A stretch of 62,289 bases of DNA, the filler included, from Globobulimina sp. (taxonomy: Eukaryota), in the NCBI GenBank assembly GCA_003354225.1. It is 21 parts of 21 records of this genome, joined end to end, with 100 filler letters (N's around TTAATTAATTAA, not from the genome) between each part and the next. Parts side by side here need not be neighbours in the genome. Positions count along the whole stretch, not along the records: positions 35,664 to 38,534 come from PIVH01004556.1; positions 38,635 to 41,504 come from PIVH01004557.1; positions 41,605 to 44,474 come from PIVH01004558.1; positions 44,575 to 47,444 come from PIVH01004559.1; positions 47,545 to 50,413 come from PIVH01004560.1; 16 more parts are not named here. One strand, written 5' to 3'. Every line of letters starts with the position of its first letter. The stretch's first letter is position 1. Under the pieces are notes generated by a model that saw only the letters and a program-made list of their open reading frames with translations, had not been told where the DNA came from and searched no databases. A program made the position numbers and the translations under genes. Below, one piece after another: positions 36,806-48,539 of this stretch.

Positions 36806-36976
36806 TTCCTGATTTTTCCCGAGTTTGGTCTGCAAGGTTCCTGATTTTTCACGAGTTTGGTCAGCAAGGTTCCTGATTTTTCACGAGTTTGGTCTGCAAG
36901 GTTCCTGATTTTTCCCGAGTTTGGTCTGCAAGGTTCCTGATTTTTCCCGAGTTTGGTCTGCAAGGTTCCAGATTTT
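36806..36976 (+). repeat. Tandem array of a 32-bp unit, 5 copies plus a partial one, no spacers
   Basis: TTCCTGATTTTTC(C/A)CGAGTTTGGTC(T/A)GCAAGG starts at 36806, 36838, 36870, 36902, 36934 and 36966. Confidence 0.95.
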
Positions 36977-37695
36977 CTACATTTTTTCATTTAAAAATAT
37001 AAAACTATTATTCGTCTTAAAACTATTTCCAACTTTGTATCGTTTTTTTTATCCAGTTATATCCATAAATACGATTAAAAAAAATCAGTGGTAAATAGTT
37101 GAAAGTTTTAAGACACGATTAGATATCAGACTGTCTCTCTCTCTCCCTCAGCCAAATCCTCAAAACACGGGATATTCCGCTTTTATTACAGTTTTTTCCC
37201 GATTATTCCCATTTGTTCCCTTAAATCCTATCTCAAATAACTATTTACCTCCTACAGTTTACGCACAGAACAAGCTCGTTATCATATGATTTTTACTTTA
37301 GTAATTAGTTTTAGAGTTATTAGAAAAGATAGTTATTTTTATATATAAATATCATAGAGGATATGAAGCCTAATTCTTGAAAACACAACTAAACTATTTA
37401 CCTTTTTCCAAAAAAACTGCCGACTGCCAACTGCCACAACCACGACTGACAACCACGTGCGGGAGGTGTGAAGGCAGGTATGAACGAAGGTCTACGTCTC
37501 GCTCGAGCTCCGCGAAGAGAGGTGTACGTATCGCTCCGCGAATGGCCGACTTTTTTATTTTGTGTTTCTCATCACTATTTTGGTAAATAGTTGACATACC
37601 TTTCCCGATTTTTTCGTTAATCACAAATCCGAATTGGTCATGTAAATGGCTTAGAACTTCTTTCCAATGCTCTTTCAATGATATTGATTAATAAT

Positions 37696-37870
37696 ACTGC
37701 CACGACTGCCGACTGCCTGTCACAACACCAACTACGCCGACTGCCGACTGCCTGTCACAACACCAACTACGCCGACTGCCTGTCACAACACCAACTACGC
37801 CGACTGCCGACTGCCACGACTGCCGACTGCCGACTGCCACGACTGCCGACTGCCACGACTGCCGACTGCC
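37696..37870 (+). repeat. GC-rich compound minisatellite
   Basis: Mixed ACTGCCG / ACTGCCACG units and three copies of GACTGCCTGTCACAACACCAACTACGCC. Confidence 0.9.
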
Positions 37871-38103
37871 AACAACAGCTTTCATTTATGATTTTGAGTT
37901 ATTATGATTTATAACCAAGTACGAATCTGACGATGAATTTTCTGACGAGAATCTGACGATGTTTTTTTTTGAAAACGATATGAACTTAAATAAACATTGG
38001 GTAAACGCGGTATTCACTTAAATAAAAAGGGACATTAATTCTAATTTAATTGCCGCAACTGCCACAACTCTGACGATGTTTTTGGAATGCATTGTCATCA
38101 ATA

Positions 38104-38534
38104 TCACGGTTGTTTTGATGGTTGTTCCAGTCCCAGTATTCGTTCTATTAGTTTTGATGGTTGTTCCAGTTTTAGTTCTCGTTCTCGTATTCGTTGTCGT
38201 TCTCGTACTCGTATTCGTTCTCGTTCTCGTTCTCGTATTCGTTCCTTTAGTTTTGATGGTAGTTCCAGTTTTAGTTCTCGTATTCGTTTTCGTTGTTTTT
38301 GATCTCGTTCTTCTTGTTTTCGTTCTTGTTGTTTTCGTTCTCGGTTTACTCGTTCTCGCTGTGCCAGTTCCAGTTCCAGTATTCGTACTCGCTGGTCCAG
38401 TTCCAGTTCCAGTATTCGTACTCGCTGTTCCAGTTTTAGTCGTTCTTGTTTTTGTTCCAGTTTTTGTTCCAGTTTTAGTTCCAGTTCCAGTTTTTGTTCC
38501 AGTTTTTGTACCAGTTCCAGTTTTTGTTCCAGTT
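38104..38534 (-). CDS. Low-complexity coiled-coil ORF (5' partial)
   Basis: One minus frame reads LEQKLELVQKLEQK..RIRERERE..PSKQP*. Other frames are also open because of the repeats. Confidence 0.4.
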
Positions 38535-38703
38535 NNNNNNNNNNNNNNNNNNNNNNNNNNNNNNNNNNNNNNNNNNNNTTAATTAATTAANNNNNNNNNN
38601 NNNNNNNNNNNNNNNNNNNNNNNNNNNNNNNNNNACCACTGTTTTACACTTTATGTCTGTATTGTTGTGATACTTTCTTTCATTTGCTTTGAAATTAAAT
38701 AAT

Positions 38704-41378
38704 TTACTGTACAATTTTAATATTTTTTTCTTTTTTGTTTTGTTCTATTATATCTATTGCATCCGGCAAAGAATTCGCGTTTGTTATCCAATTTAAAAAT
38801 TGTTGAGAATATAAATATTTGTAATGTCTATACGACAGACACGAGGCACAAATTATTTTCACATTCGGTTTGCCCAAACTCTGCGAAATGCATTTTTCTA
38901 ATTGGCGCGAAATATAAGTGAATTCTAACGTATGTTTCAATTGTTTTATATCATATTCGTCGCAGCGACATAGCACTGAAACATAGCTATATTTGTCTGC
39001 AATCCCTTCATTTTTATGCATGGTGAACCTCATTTCGTGTGTACGCAGTGCGCGCGCTATGCCATTGATTAACCATTTATGCGACAATGAATCGATGCAC
39101 ATATTTAATAACAAAGTGATGCGCAAAAATTTATTAAAATATACATTGCCTACTTTGATTTTATGGGTGCCATTTTTCAATCTATTTTTTTTATGATTTT
39201 TGTGCATTTTTGCAACGCTTTTTTTCTTGATTTTTTTATTTTGATTCATATTTGTTTTATTCTCGTAATCGTTTTGGATTAAAGTGATAGACATTAATTT
39301 GTTCTCTCTCATCGTCTCAGAATTAACAGAGATGTTGTCGTCACTGTCCATGTCCATGGCACTCATATTATATTCGACAGAGCCATCACTGACAATACCG
39401 CCGCAGGATGACAATGGTGGTGTGGCTGGCAAGTCAAAGACATTCAAAAAATTGTTATTTCCTTATAGTTCAAGTGTGCAACAACAAAAAAATGTACAAG
39501 CGTGTCATGCGCATGGTTAAGATACAAGATACTTTTCAGTGAAAACCTTACAAATCACCGACTCGACCATGTCAGCTTGACACTCATGACATTTTTCCAT
39601 TGACAGCACATACCTGATGCACCCCACACCGGTTGTGGTTTGCGTGCATTTGACATATTATTATCCTTTTTTTCCAGATCAATATCACTAATTCGTATAT
39701 TATAATTGTGCGCGTGCATTGAGTTTGTGGTCGCTTCTTGTTTATTATTTTCATTCTCATTCTCTTGTTTTTGCTGTCTATGTATTTCTGCCCCTAACGC
39801 CGCTAAAAACTGATCATATGTTTCCGTATGCGAATGGTGCAAAATTGCATCGTCAAACTGGCCATTTTCGCTGTCGTCAGATTGCTTATCTTCAATCGCC
39901 AATATTTTCTCCATATTTAGATCCGTTATATTCAAAGAACTTAAACTCAAATTAGTGAGATGTGTCTTGATATTATTCTCGTTCAAAGTGCCCACAATCG
40001 GGCCCGGCGACAGTGTCTCCTTTATTTTGTGACTCTTTTTCTTCTCTTTCTCTTTCTTTGTGACGTGGTGCGTGGTAAACGACTGCCTCATCAATGAAGA
40101 ATGCTTTTTTTTGCCAAACGTTTGTTGCAATTTATTCAAACTATAACTTTCATTTTCCTCCGTCGGCGTGAGTCGCGTCACAGACATTTTCATCTCGGGC
40201 TCTTGCTCGTTATTGTTGGTTTTGTCGTAACTGTGTCTGTCCGCGTATGAATAGCGCTGTTTGCGCACATTGGGCACTTTGAAAAACTGCTGCACTTTGG
40301 CAGAGCGTCTGCGTTTCGTATTGAATTTCTTTTTTTTCCTATAAAATGGCTGCACTTGCATGGTTTTGTTGATTTCCTCAAACGAACCCAAACCAAAAGC
40401 ATGTCCATTGATATTCATACTCGATAGTGGCGAATGATAGTCGTAGCTCTCAGGAATGGACATGGACAGCGAGGGCGACGAGGAGGTGCCATACAAGTTT
40501 GTATACGCGAACAACGGCGGTTTGCCATTGCTGTTTGTACGCGTTGCAATGGGCGAAGGCACGGATTTCTTATTTGCAATATGAAGCGGTTCGGGCGGCG
40601 TGTCAGACAATGCATGGTTACTATTACTGGAGGAGGCGGACGCGGACACCGATGCGGATATGGATGTGTACGATGTGTACGACACTGCGTAGGACAACGA
40701 AGCTTCGTCCAATTGCTTGTATACATTGAAAATGGCATGAAACGTTGTTTCGAACATTCTGATGCTTTGCCACAATTTGTACAATGAGTGCAGTAACAGT
40801 GGTTTGTTGGAGGTATAATTATTGATCTCGTCCAAATAGGGAATGATATCGTTTTCAGTGAATATCGGACAATGTGTTAACAGATAGTTTAAAGTGTCGG
40901 ATTTTGTGAAGGTCTCCAACTGATAGAATTTGGTACGGAATAAATTAAAATTGTAATAGATTGGCAATTTCTTGCGCGAGGTGATGATTATTTTGGTTGT
41001 AATGGACAGGTTTTCGAATAAATTGAACAAGAATTCGTTGCAATCTTCGAAGGAGATATGGTTTATTTCTTGGAAACGATCAAAGTCTTCGAATATAATC
41101 AATGCGTTGGATAAATATTGGTCGATTTTAGTGAAGATGTTTGCCGGTGTAATGTCTAAGAAATCGTCGTATTGTTGGATCCAAAATGTATGCAACTCGC
41201 ATTGCTGTATGGCATAAATTAGACAGTCTTCAAAGGTTTTATAGCGATACAATTTGTGCCATTTCATTAAGTCTAAATATAAGATGCCATTGTTGAACAA
41301 TTGGTTGTTTTCCTGCAGCAAATCGTTACAAATGGTGGAAGTTACGACAGTTTTGCCAATGCCTTGCTTGCTGTCTCC
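38704..41378 (-). CDS. STAND/NB-ARC-like P-loop NTPase with long low-complexity C-terminus (intron 39613-39462; 5' truncated at a chimeric junction)
   Basis: Walker A GDSKQGIGKT upstream of the listed ORF, NGILYLDL, Walker B LIIFEDFD, KIIITSR and KPLLL. The intron joins ORFs 39555-41321 and 38704-39447 in phase. Confidence 0.65.
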
Positions 41379-41381
41379 TTA

Positions 41382-41504
41382 GGCGTGAGTCATGTTCAGG
41401 GTAATCTGTCAGTCTGGTGAAGGTTGTCCAGTCAGCATCGGCTAAATAGAGTTCGTTGTTCCCTTCCCTGCCGGAAGCAAAGGCGATCTGTGTTCCGTCC
41501 GGCG
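41382..41504 (-). CDS. Fragment of bacterial TolB-like beta-propeller (PD40 repeat)
   Basis: PDGTQIAFASGREGNNELYLADADWTTFTRLTDYPEHD; higher GC than the adjacent sequence. Confidence 0.75.
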
Positions 41505-41692
41505 NNNNNNNNNNNNNNNNNNNNNNNNNNNNNNNNNNNNNNNNNNNNTTAATTAATTAANNNNNNNNNNNNNNNNNNNNNNNNNNNNNNNNNNNNNNNN
41601 NNNNACTAATTGATTTGTATGCTTAGTCATCTATTATTCGATTGCTTTGTATTTCTTTGTTAAATGATTTATCATTATCCTGAATATTGATT

Positions 41693-42160
41693 TCGTTAAA
41701 TGACCGTCATAGTTATTTCAGATTTCGTTGAATGATGGTCATCATTTTAAAAAAAATAGACCTTAATGTTTTAAATCATATTAATGTTTTAAATCATATT
41801 AAATTACTAAATCAATTTCAATCATATTAAATCAATTAAATTATTATTAAATCAGTATTAATACAATATTAAATTATTAAATTATTATTAAATTCAATAT
41901 TAAATTATTAAATTATTATTAAATTATTAAATCATAATAAAAGTATTTTTAAATTATTATTAAATTATTAAATCATATTAAATCAAATAATTTAAATTAT
42001 TAAATCAATTAAAGCATATTAAATTAATATTAAATCATATTGAATTATTATTAAATTATATTAAATTATTATTAAATTAGTAGAAAATCGTTAAATGACC
42101 GTCATATTTATTTCAGATTTCGTTGAATGACGGTCATCATTTTAAAAAACATAGACCTTA
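41693..42160 (+). repeat. About 73-bp direct repeats (41693-41765, 42088-42160) around an extremely AT-rich ATTAAATT satellite
   Basis: TCGTTAAATGACCGTCATA.TTATTTCAGATTTCGTTGAATGA.GGTCATCATTTTAAAAAA.ATAGACCTTA occurs twice. Confidence 0.88.
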
Positions 42161-42386
42161 TGAGATCATTTAAATCACTCCTGATGCATCACTGTATTTA
42201 TAATTTAATAAATGAAGGCAGGATAAATAAAAACAAATGTTTAATAAATGATTCCATTTTGTAGTAAATATTGCATTTATAAATATACATTTAAATTAAA
42301 GCACTCAATAAAACATTTTTCAACTCCAAATCATCATTTGCTGCAGATCGTGATGCAATTTAATTATTAATATCAAATCAATCTTT

Positions 42387-42987
42387 TTATTTCAGTCCAT
42401 TTATAATATTTGCTGACCTTATATTTGTGACATGCATATTTGAGAGCATAGATTCAATTGAAACAATCTTTTCTACATTGAGACAGTCTTTTCTCTCATC
42501 CAAATCTGGCTCAAACCCACGCAAAGCGAGAAAGGACAACGTGGTGGATCTGACAGGCACTTGAAATATCAAAGCTTGCATTTGGTGACTATATCTGTCC
42601 AACAAATAAAACAGCAAAGTCTGCACAGAAGCACTGAGAGTATGTCCTATAGTTAATGCATATAAATTTGGAAATGCGCATTCTATTTCTGTGTCGCATT
42701 TTGAATCGAGATTCACGTAATGCAATACCAAAGTGTTGATCCTTCTTTGTGAAACCAATTCTTGCCCTCTTTTCAGAAATTGCAAATCGTGTCCAAATCC
42801 AACACAAACCAAGCCAGTCAAAAACAGTGAAGTCAACAATGGCACTACAACAATTAAATACTAGCAATGCACAAAAAGGCTACACTCTTCAACTCCAATA
42901 ATTATACAGCTATCATATACCACAGACGCTATCAATATTTGTCTTATCCACATTACAGCTGATGAGGAACTGATTAAGAGAACGCAT
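42387..42987 (-). CDS. Hypothetical protein, possibly LRR-like (one intron; start uncertain)
   Basis: Exon MRSLNQFLISC.. splices (GTATAT..GTAG) in phase to ORF 42387-42845; FPNLYALTI. Confidence 0.4.
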
Positions 42988-43113
42988 GATCGCATATTTA
43001 TACCTGTCGGCTTCATAATTTGTGTCTAAAAATAGAAATAATCAATCAAAAAAACACAACACACAATTGAAGCAATTAAAGATCCAAATTTACTTTCCAA
43101 AAAGGACAAAGAC

Positions 43114-44001
43114 ATGTCTTCGATCCCAACTTTGGCTGAATCTGTTTTAAGTTTCACATTGGTATGCCTGACAATAGTACTCCCAATTATTCCTATCTTC
43201 AGTGTATTGTGTTATTTTAATGCAGGCCGTGCTTTTATTCTATTATTACTTCACTGCATCTGTTCAGCATTATCTGATCAATATTTGAATATAATTCGCA
43301 TAATAATGCGACCAGTACGTATCCGTTTACAGAACAAGATTTTATCTGACATCTCTTTTAAAAGATGCTATTACAAGGATGTCCGAAATTACGCAAACTT
43401 AAATGAAATGTTTGCGACTCACTCAAAATCAATGAGAAAGAAGCGAGTTAAAATGTTGAAAACAGTGCCGAAGAAAATGGCAGAGTTAAAGCATAGCAAA
43501 CATAAATTAAAAATCAACAAAATCTATGCAGATTTCGTAAAACATGAGTATATTTCCATCACATGGAACCATTGTTATTATGGAAACACAGACGATTTTA
43601 AAAAAGCAATTATTAGTTTCGCCATCTCTTTGATGCTTTTGATTGTGTTTGAACACCAACTCGTCGTTGAGGTTGAAATGAACAGCAAAATTGTGGCGTA
43701 TGGTTCGGTGAATGTTTGTGGTAAGGCATGGGATAGCAATCTTTATAAATGCCGCAAAGATTATAAAAGAAATATGCTGATTTTTGAATTTTTCCGACAA
43801 ATTTTAACAGAAGCTATCAAGGATACAAAGATTGATTTGGTATCTTTCGGTACTGCAATGTTCAATAATACACACACGTTGTATGCCAAAAGATGTGCAG
43901 GATTAGATTACATTGACCATCAGAAGCTGACAAAGGAGGAACATGTAAAATACGCTCAAATATTGAGTTCTGTCTATGGAGATAAACAGAAAAGTTCTTG
44001 A
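43114..44001 (+). CDS. Membrane-anchored protein with GNAT/FemAB-like C-terminal domain
   Basis: Two N-terminal TMs; VEMNSKIVAY..DYKRNMLIFEFF..EAI....LVSFG..AKRCAG resembles Acetyltransf_6. Confidence 0.55.
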   Translation: MSSIPTLAESVLSFTLVCLTIVLPIIPIFSVLCYFNAGRAFILLLLHCICSALSDQYLNIIRIIMRPVRIRLQNKILSDISFKRCYYKDVRNYANLNEMFATHSKSMRKKRVKMLKTVPKKMAELKHSKHKLKINKIYADFVKHEYISITWNHCYYGNTDDFKKAIISFAISLMLLIVFEHQLVVEVEMNSKIVAYGSVNVCGKAWDSNLYKCRKDYKRNMLIFEFFRQILTEAIKDTKIDLVSFGTAMFNNTHTLYAKRCAGLDYIDHQKLTKEEHVKYAQILSSVYGDKQKSS

Positions 44002-44969
44002 CTGCAAAAAATGCCCAAAAAACATAGGAGTAAAATCTACAACGTAGTCTTGTTTCTTTTTAATAGATAACGTTTGCATCTTTAAAATAATCCAACCAAT
44101 AAATAATGTTCGTCCCATTTCTACCAGCAGGAGAATGCCTAATTTATGCAAATTGGACATATTTTTATAGTTTTGAATGAATCAATACAATCTAATATAC
44201 AGAAACAGATATACAATCTGTCTGCGCATAAATACGGCAAATAATATACAAACCACCACAATAATCCAATGATAACCACGGGGGTTACACTCATCATTGT
44301 TTTGTAGAACAACATTTGGCCAATAATTGAAAAAAAAAATTTTTAAAACACAAAAGTTTTTTCGTGGTTTGGGCGTGCTGCGACTAGCGGGTACAGTAGT
44401 GTTCCCGATAAGAGGTACGCATATTAGTACTAATATATATATTAGTTGTACTAATATATTTATAGAATGGAGCANNNNNNNNNNNNNNNNNNNNNNNNNN
44501 NNNNNNNNNNNNNNNNNNTTAATTAATTAANNNNNNNNNNNNNNNNNNNNNNNNNNNNNNNNNNNNNNNNNNNNTGATAGAAAGCAAATGCCTGACAATG
44601 CCAAGATAGAGAGAGGTTTGTTTGGTGATTGTCCGCACTCATAATTTCTTTGGTGATGGTCAACACTGATAATTCTGCGTAAGCGAAATTAAAATTGGTT
44701 GTGCATTAACTTTGTGCAATTAACATCTGGGTTGCTAATAAGGAGAGAAATGGATGAGGCCGGAAACGGAGCAGTCAAAATCTTCTACCATTAATCAGCA
44801 TGAATACATAGTGAATCTCAATCACATCCAAAACAAACATGCCATTATCATCTTGATATGTGTCACATTGTTTGTATCATTCTTTTTTTATTTTTTGCGC
44901 TACGAATATCAAGCGGAAATGATGGTGAATGAAAGTTTTTTGAAGTAAGCTAGACTAGTCTTGTTGACC

Positions 44970-47288
44970 ATGAAATGTTTTGTGTTCACATCATTACTTC
45001 CTTTTATAACAGCACATTATTTGTCTCCAAACGCATTATCCAGAGACGCAGCAGAAGAATACTGCCAAACCCAATGCAACAGTCATTTATCCAGTTTTCA
45101 CAGCACCGAAGATTACACGAAAGGAATTGAAATAACCCTCAAAAACGAATTCATTCAACATTTACAATCAAATGACGTATGGATTGGTTTACAATACGAC
45201 AACAACACCAATCAATACCATTGGAGTGACAATTCCTTATTGGATTTTGCGAACAATACAACGCAAAGTCCATGGAATACAAATATTGTAAACTCAAATA
45301 AACATTGCACACTTTTATCAGCGTCATCAGCTTATAACTTCCAATCAAAAAACTGTAGTGATAAACATATATTTTTATGTAACTCCTGCGATTTAATTAT
45401 AAACAAATATGTAATTATTTCCGCAGAGGATCTAAATTATACGCAGGCAAATATGAAATGTAACCATTATTATTCTACCACATTATCATCGATCCACAAC
45501 GAAAACGATTACGAGCAAGCAAAGTTACTATGTGCTTTAGCTACAACTGGCGGAGATAAATCCTGTTGGATTGGCTTAGACGATATTGACCAGGAAGGTG
45601 AGTATAAATGGATCGATAACACAACTTTTGATTTTGGCAGCAATATATCCGGAGGTGTTTATCCATGGAGCAATGATTTGATTGGCGGTGATTGGATAAA
45701 ACAGCCTGTATATGATACCAACATCGATTGTGTTGATTTATGGCAGTATCCAGAATATAATATCAATGGTTTTAATTTCAATGATGATGATTGTGCTATA
45801 CAGCAAGCTTTTATTTGTAATGCGCCTTCGACCATTTGTAAGCATGAAAACTGGAATAAAATTAGTGGTTTGTGGGTGTTTGATGGGTGCAATGTGTATA
45901 ATTATAACCATATTAATACTGATATGCAGTCAGTTATATTGATGGATGTTATTGAGAATGGTTGGAACCATAATATTGTCATTGATTATATGTTTAAAAT
46001 GTTTGATATTGAAATAAGTGGTGGCATGGCTGGCATTTCAATGCATTTTGATCAGGATTATGCTTTTTATGTTGCATTTAGTGTCTCGCTGAATGCCAAT
46101 GGGAGCTATATCTGTGATTTGTTTTTATCGTATAACGAAAGTGTAACATTAGACTCAGTGAATATAACAGATATTTATAATATAAACCATTTCTATTCAT
46201 TAAAAATTGCAATTTATGATAATGTGATGGGAATATATGTAAATGATGTGTTATATCTTGAATATGCGTTGGGTTTGGTAGGTTTGCCAGCAAATCATAT
46301 ATTAAACAGATTTGGAATTGAAAATAACAGATTGGCGGTACACGCAAAGTCTTTATACATTTCTGGCACAGCAGCAACATTTAAAAATGATTCCATTTCT
46401 AATGCAACAACCACTGAAATACCGATGGTAAGCACCCCAATGCCAAGCACAAGCAATCAAATCCAAACCACTACGCATAGCGCAATAAATACATCTTTAT
46501 CAACAACAGATTTGTTGCAAACATTGACTACAGAAACCAAGCAAACTGTAGCTACGAAGGAGAACAACAACGAAACAAATAACAGTCAAAATAAGTTTAA
46601 GCAGCATTTTATCACATTTACTGTGAAAGAGTTTATTTTATTATTTGTTGGATTGATCGCTTCCGTTTCATTATGTTGCTGTGCAGTATTTTGCTGTGGA
46701 TTATATATTAAGAAATTAATTTTATCTGTTTCAATGTCACAACATATGAAGGAGTTTAATGATAAGAATGTAAAAGCCGGTCATGTGGCTAATCATTCCT
46801 CTGTTGATATAAGCTTAGGAACAGAGAATATGTTTGGAAATGATGCCAATATCCAATTGAAAATAACAGAAGTTGAAGAAAATGATAATAATAAGAATGA
46901 ATTGGAAGTGATGGAGCTTAGTCATTCGAGTGCATTGTATGAGGATTATGTCACTAAAGGGTCGCAGGTTATAAATATATTAAATATTCCATTGCCCAAA
47001 AGTCCACAAATTGTAAATGTATTAAATATTCCATTGCCAAAGAGTCCAATTTGTGGGGAATCAATGAACGAAGGATATGATCGGAAAAATAATCAGAATA
47101 CACCGACATCAGTGAGTGATTTGTTTGGCAGTCACTTTGAAAATAAAAGTGAGAAATCTGTATTTTTAAATGTCGCAAAACATGGAAATTTTGGATATTG
47201 GAGGCCTGAGAATGAAATATTGGAAGTTGAAGAGGAAGATGGTGTAAACAAAGATGGAAATCTGACAAAGGTGAGTGTTTATGTTTAA
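44970..47288 (+). CDS. Type I membrane protein with two C-type lectin domains, a beta-rich domain and a Thr-rich stalk
   Basis: Signal peptide; AEEYC..LSSFHS..VWIGL..WSDNS..FLC; LSSIHN..CWIGLDD..EGEYKWIDN..FIC; TM ILLFVGLIASVSLCCCAVFCCG. Confidence 0.9.
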   Translation: MKCFVFTSLLPFITAHYLSPNALSRDAAEEYCQTQCNSHLSSFHSTEDYTKGIEITLKNEFIQHLQSNDVWIGLQYDNNTNQYHWSDNSLLDFANNTTQSPWNTNIVNSNKHCTLLSASSAYNFQSKNCSDKHIFLCNSCDLIINKYVIISAEDLNYTQANMKCNHYYSTTLSSIHNENDYEQAKLLCALATTGGDKSCWIGLDDIDQEGEYKWIDNTTFDFGSNISGGVYPWSNDLIGGDWIKQPVYDTNIDCVDLWQYPEYNINGFNFNDDDCAIQQAFICNAPSTICKHENWNKISGLWVFDGCNVYNYNHINTDMQSVILMDVIENGWNHNIVIDYMFKMFDIEISGGMAGISMHFDQDYAFYVAFSVSLNANGSYICDLFLSYNESVTLDSVNITDIYNINHFYSLKIAIYDNVMGIYVNDVLYLEYALGLVGLPANHILNRFGIENNRLAVHAKSLYISGTAATFKNDSISNATTTEIPMVSTPMPSTSNQIQTTTHSAINTSLSTTDLLQTLTTETKQTVATKENNNETNNSQNKFKQHFITFTVKEFILLFVGLIASVSLCCCAVFCCGLYIKKLILSVSMSQHMKEFNDKNVKAGHVANHSSVDISLGTENMFGNDANIQLKITEVEENDNNKNELEVMELSHSSALYEDYVTKGSQVINILNIPLPKSPQIVNVLNIPLPKSPICGESMNEGYDRKNNQNTPTSVSDLFGSHFENKSEKSVFLNVAKHGNFGYWRPENEILEVEEEDGVNKDGNLTKVSVYV

Positions 47289-47544
47289 TTGTTAGTTTGT
47301 TATACAATTGTTATACAATGTGGTCTTAATTTTTATGTTTTTTTATTGTGTGGGTTTTATTTTGAGTTTTTGTGTGTGTGACTGTGTGTGTTGTAAATAA
47401 AGTTTTCTTATTTACCTTGAAATCTTGCAAAATTGCAATTATTGNNNNNNNNNNNNNNNNNNNNNNNNNNNNNNNNNNNNNNNNNNNNTTAATTAATTAA
47501 NNNNNNNNNNNNNNNNNNNNNNNNNNNNNNNNNNNNNNNNNNNN

Positions 47545-48539
47545 TCAAAACAAGCAGGGCTACTGTATAAGTAACCACCAATGCCCTGATGTTCATCATC
47601 CATCTCTGGTTTATTATGATCATGACAATCGATGCAGGTAAATATCGATATATTACCAGGATTATTGTGGCAATCAACACAGCTGGCCCATTCACCATTA
47701 TGCTCTCCTGAGTAAATAGGAAACAGTACATCATGCTGAGGAAATTCAGCTGGCTTCCATCCTGGATTAGTTGTGTGACATTCAATACAATTTGTTGACA
47801 AGTCGACTTGCTGATGATTAGGCACAGTTGCTGCAATATAATCTGATTCGTGGCATGAGAAACAATCTGGCGATAAATTTGAATAATCATTTCCTTCACC
47901 ATGGCATTCCCGACAATCACTAATTGCATGGCCCTGAGTTAATGGGAAAAAAGTATGTGTAAAACTTGATCCTGACCATGTAAATGAATTCATTTGATGG
48001 CACTCCATACAGTCAGTTGAAAAATTGCTCTCCACATGATTAGGGTTCGTAGTGGCATTATACTCATCTAAATGACAGTCAACACATTCAACCCCAAGAG
48101 GCTCAAACTTAAGTAATGAAGCAGAATGATGACAATCATAACAATCGGCAGTCATGTGTGGTCCCAGTAATGGAAAACGACTTTGTTGGTGAATTTCAGT
48201 AATATTTTCTACAATCCAGGTATTGGGAGTATGACATCGGCCACAGTCGAACCCAACTGTTTGTTGATGTACATCAGTATGACAAGACATACATTGAGTT
48301 TCAGCTTCAGAAAATACCAATGTGGAATGACAATCAATACAGCTTACATCCTGATGTAATCCTTCGAGTCGGAATTTGGTCAAATCGTGGTTGAAACTAA
48401 TATTATTCCGGTCTACTTCCCAGCCTTTAGAATTATGACATTCATCGCAACTTATCTCAAGACTATCCCCGTGTGGAGAATCGGAAGATTGGCTAAATAT
48501 ACTAACCAGCAACACTAAAATTAATGACAGTTCTCGCAT
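47545..48539 (-). CDS. Bacterial multiheme cytochrome c (12 complete CxxCH plus one truncated; 3' partial)
   Basis: Signal peptide, SPHG start and repeated FxLxGxH..CxxCH units. Start overlaps the upstream gene by 19 nt. Confidence 0.93.

Larger units (their letters stand above)
35884..37550 (+). repeat. Exact 30-bp direct repeat pair at 35884-35913 and 37521-37550
   Basis: GGTGTACGTATCGCTCCGCGAATGGCCGAC occurs twice. Confidence 0.92.

Noticed and set aside
36806-36976. 32-bp repeats as a CRISPR array
   Set aside because: The units are directly adjacent with no unique spacers, and no cas gene is present.
36787-37914. Short ORFs over the repeat arrays (36787-36990, 37678-37914, 37688-37885)
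   Set aside because: Translations of tandem repeats with no independent coding signal.
38076-38534. Val/Pro/Leu-rich plus-strand ORF as a membrane protein
   Set aside because: It arises from a simple repeat that leaves several frames open; the minus-strand coiled-coil frame is more plausible.
46970-47050. Duplicated peptide N(I/V)LNIPLPKSP in the lectin tail
   Set aside because: A short internal duplication in a disordered tail; unremarkable.
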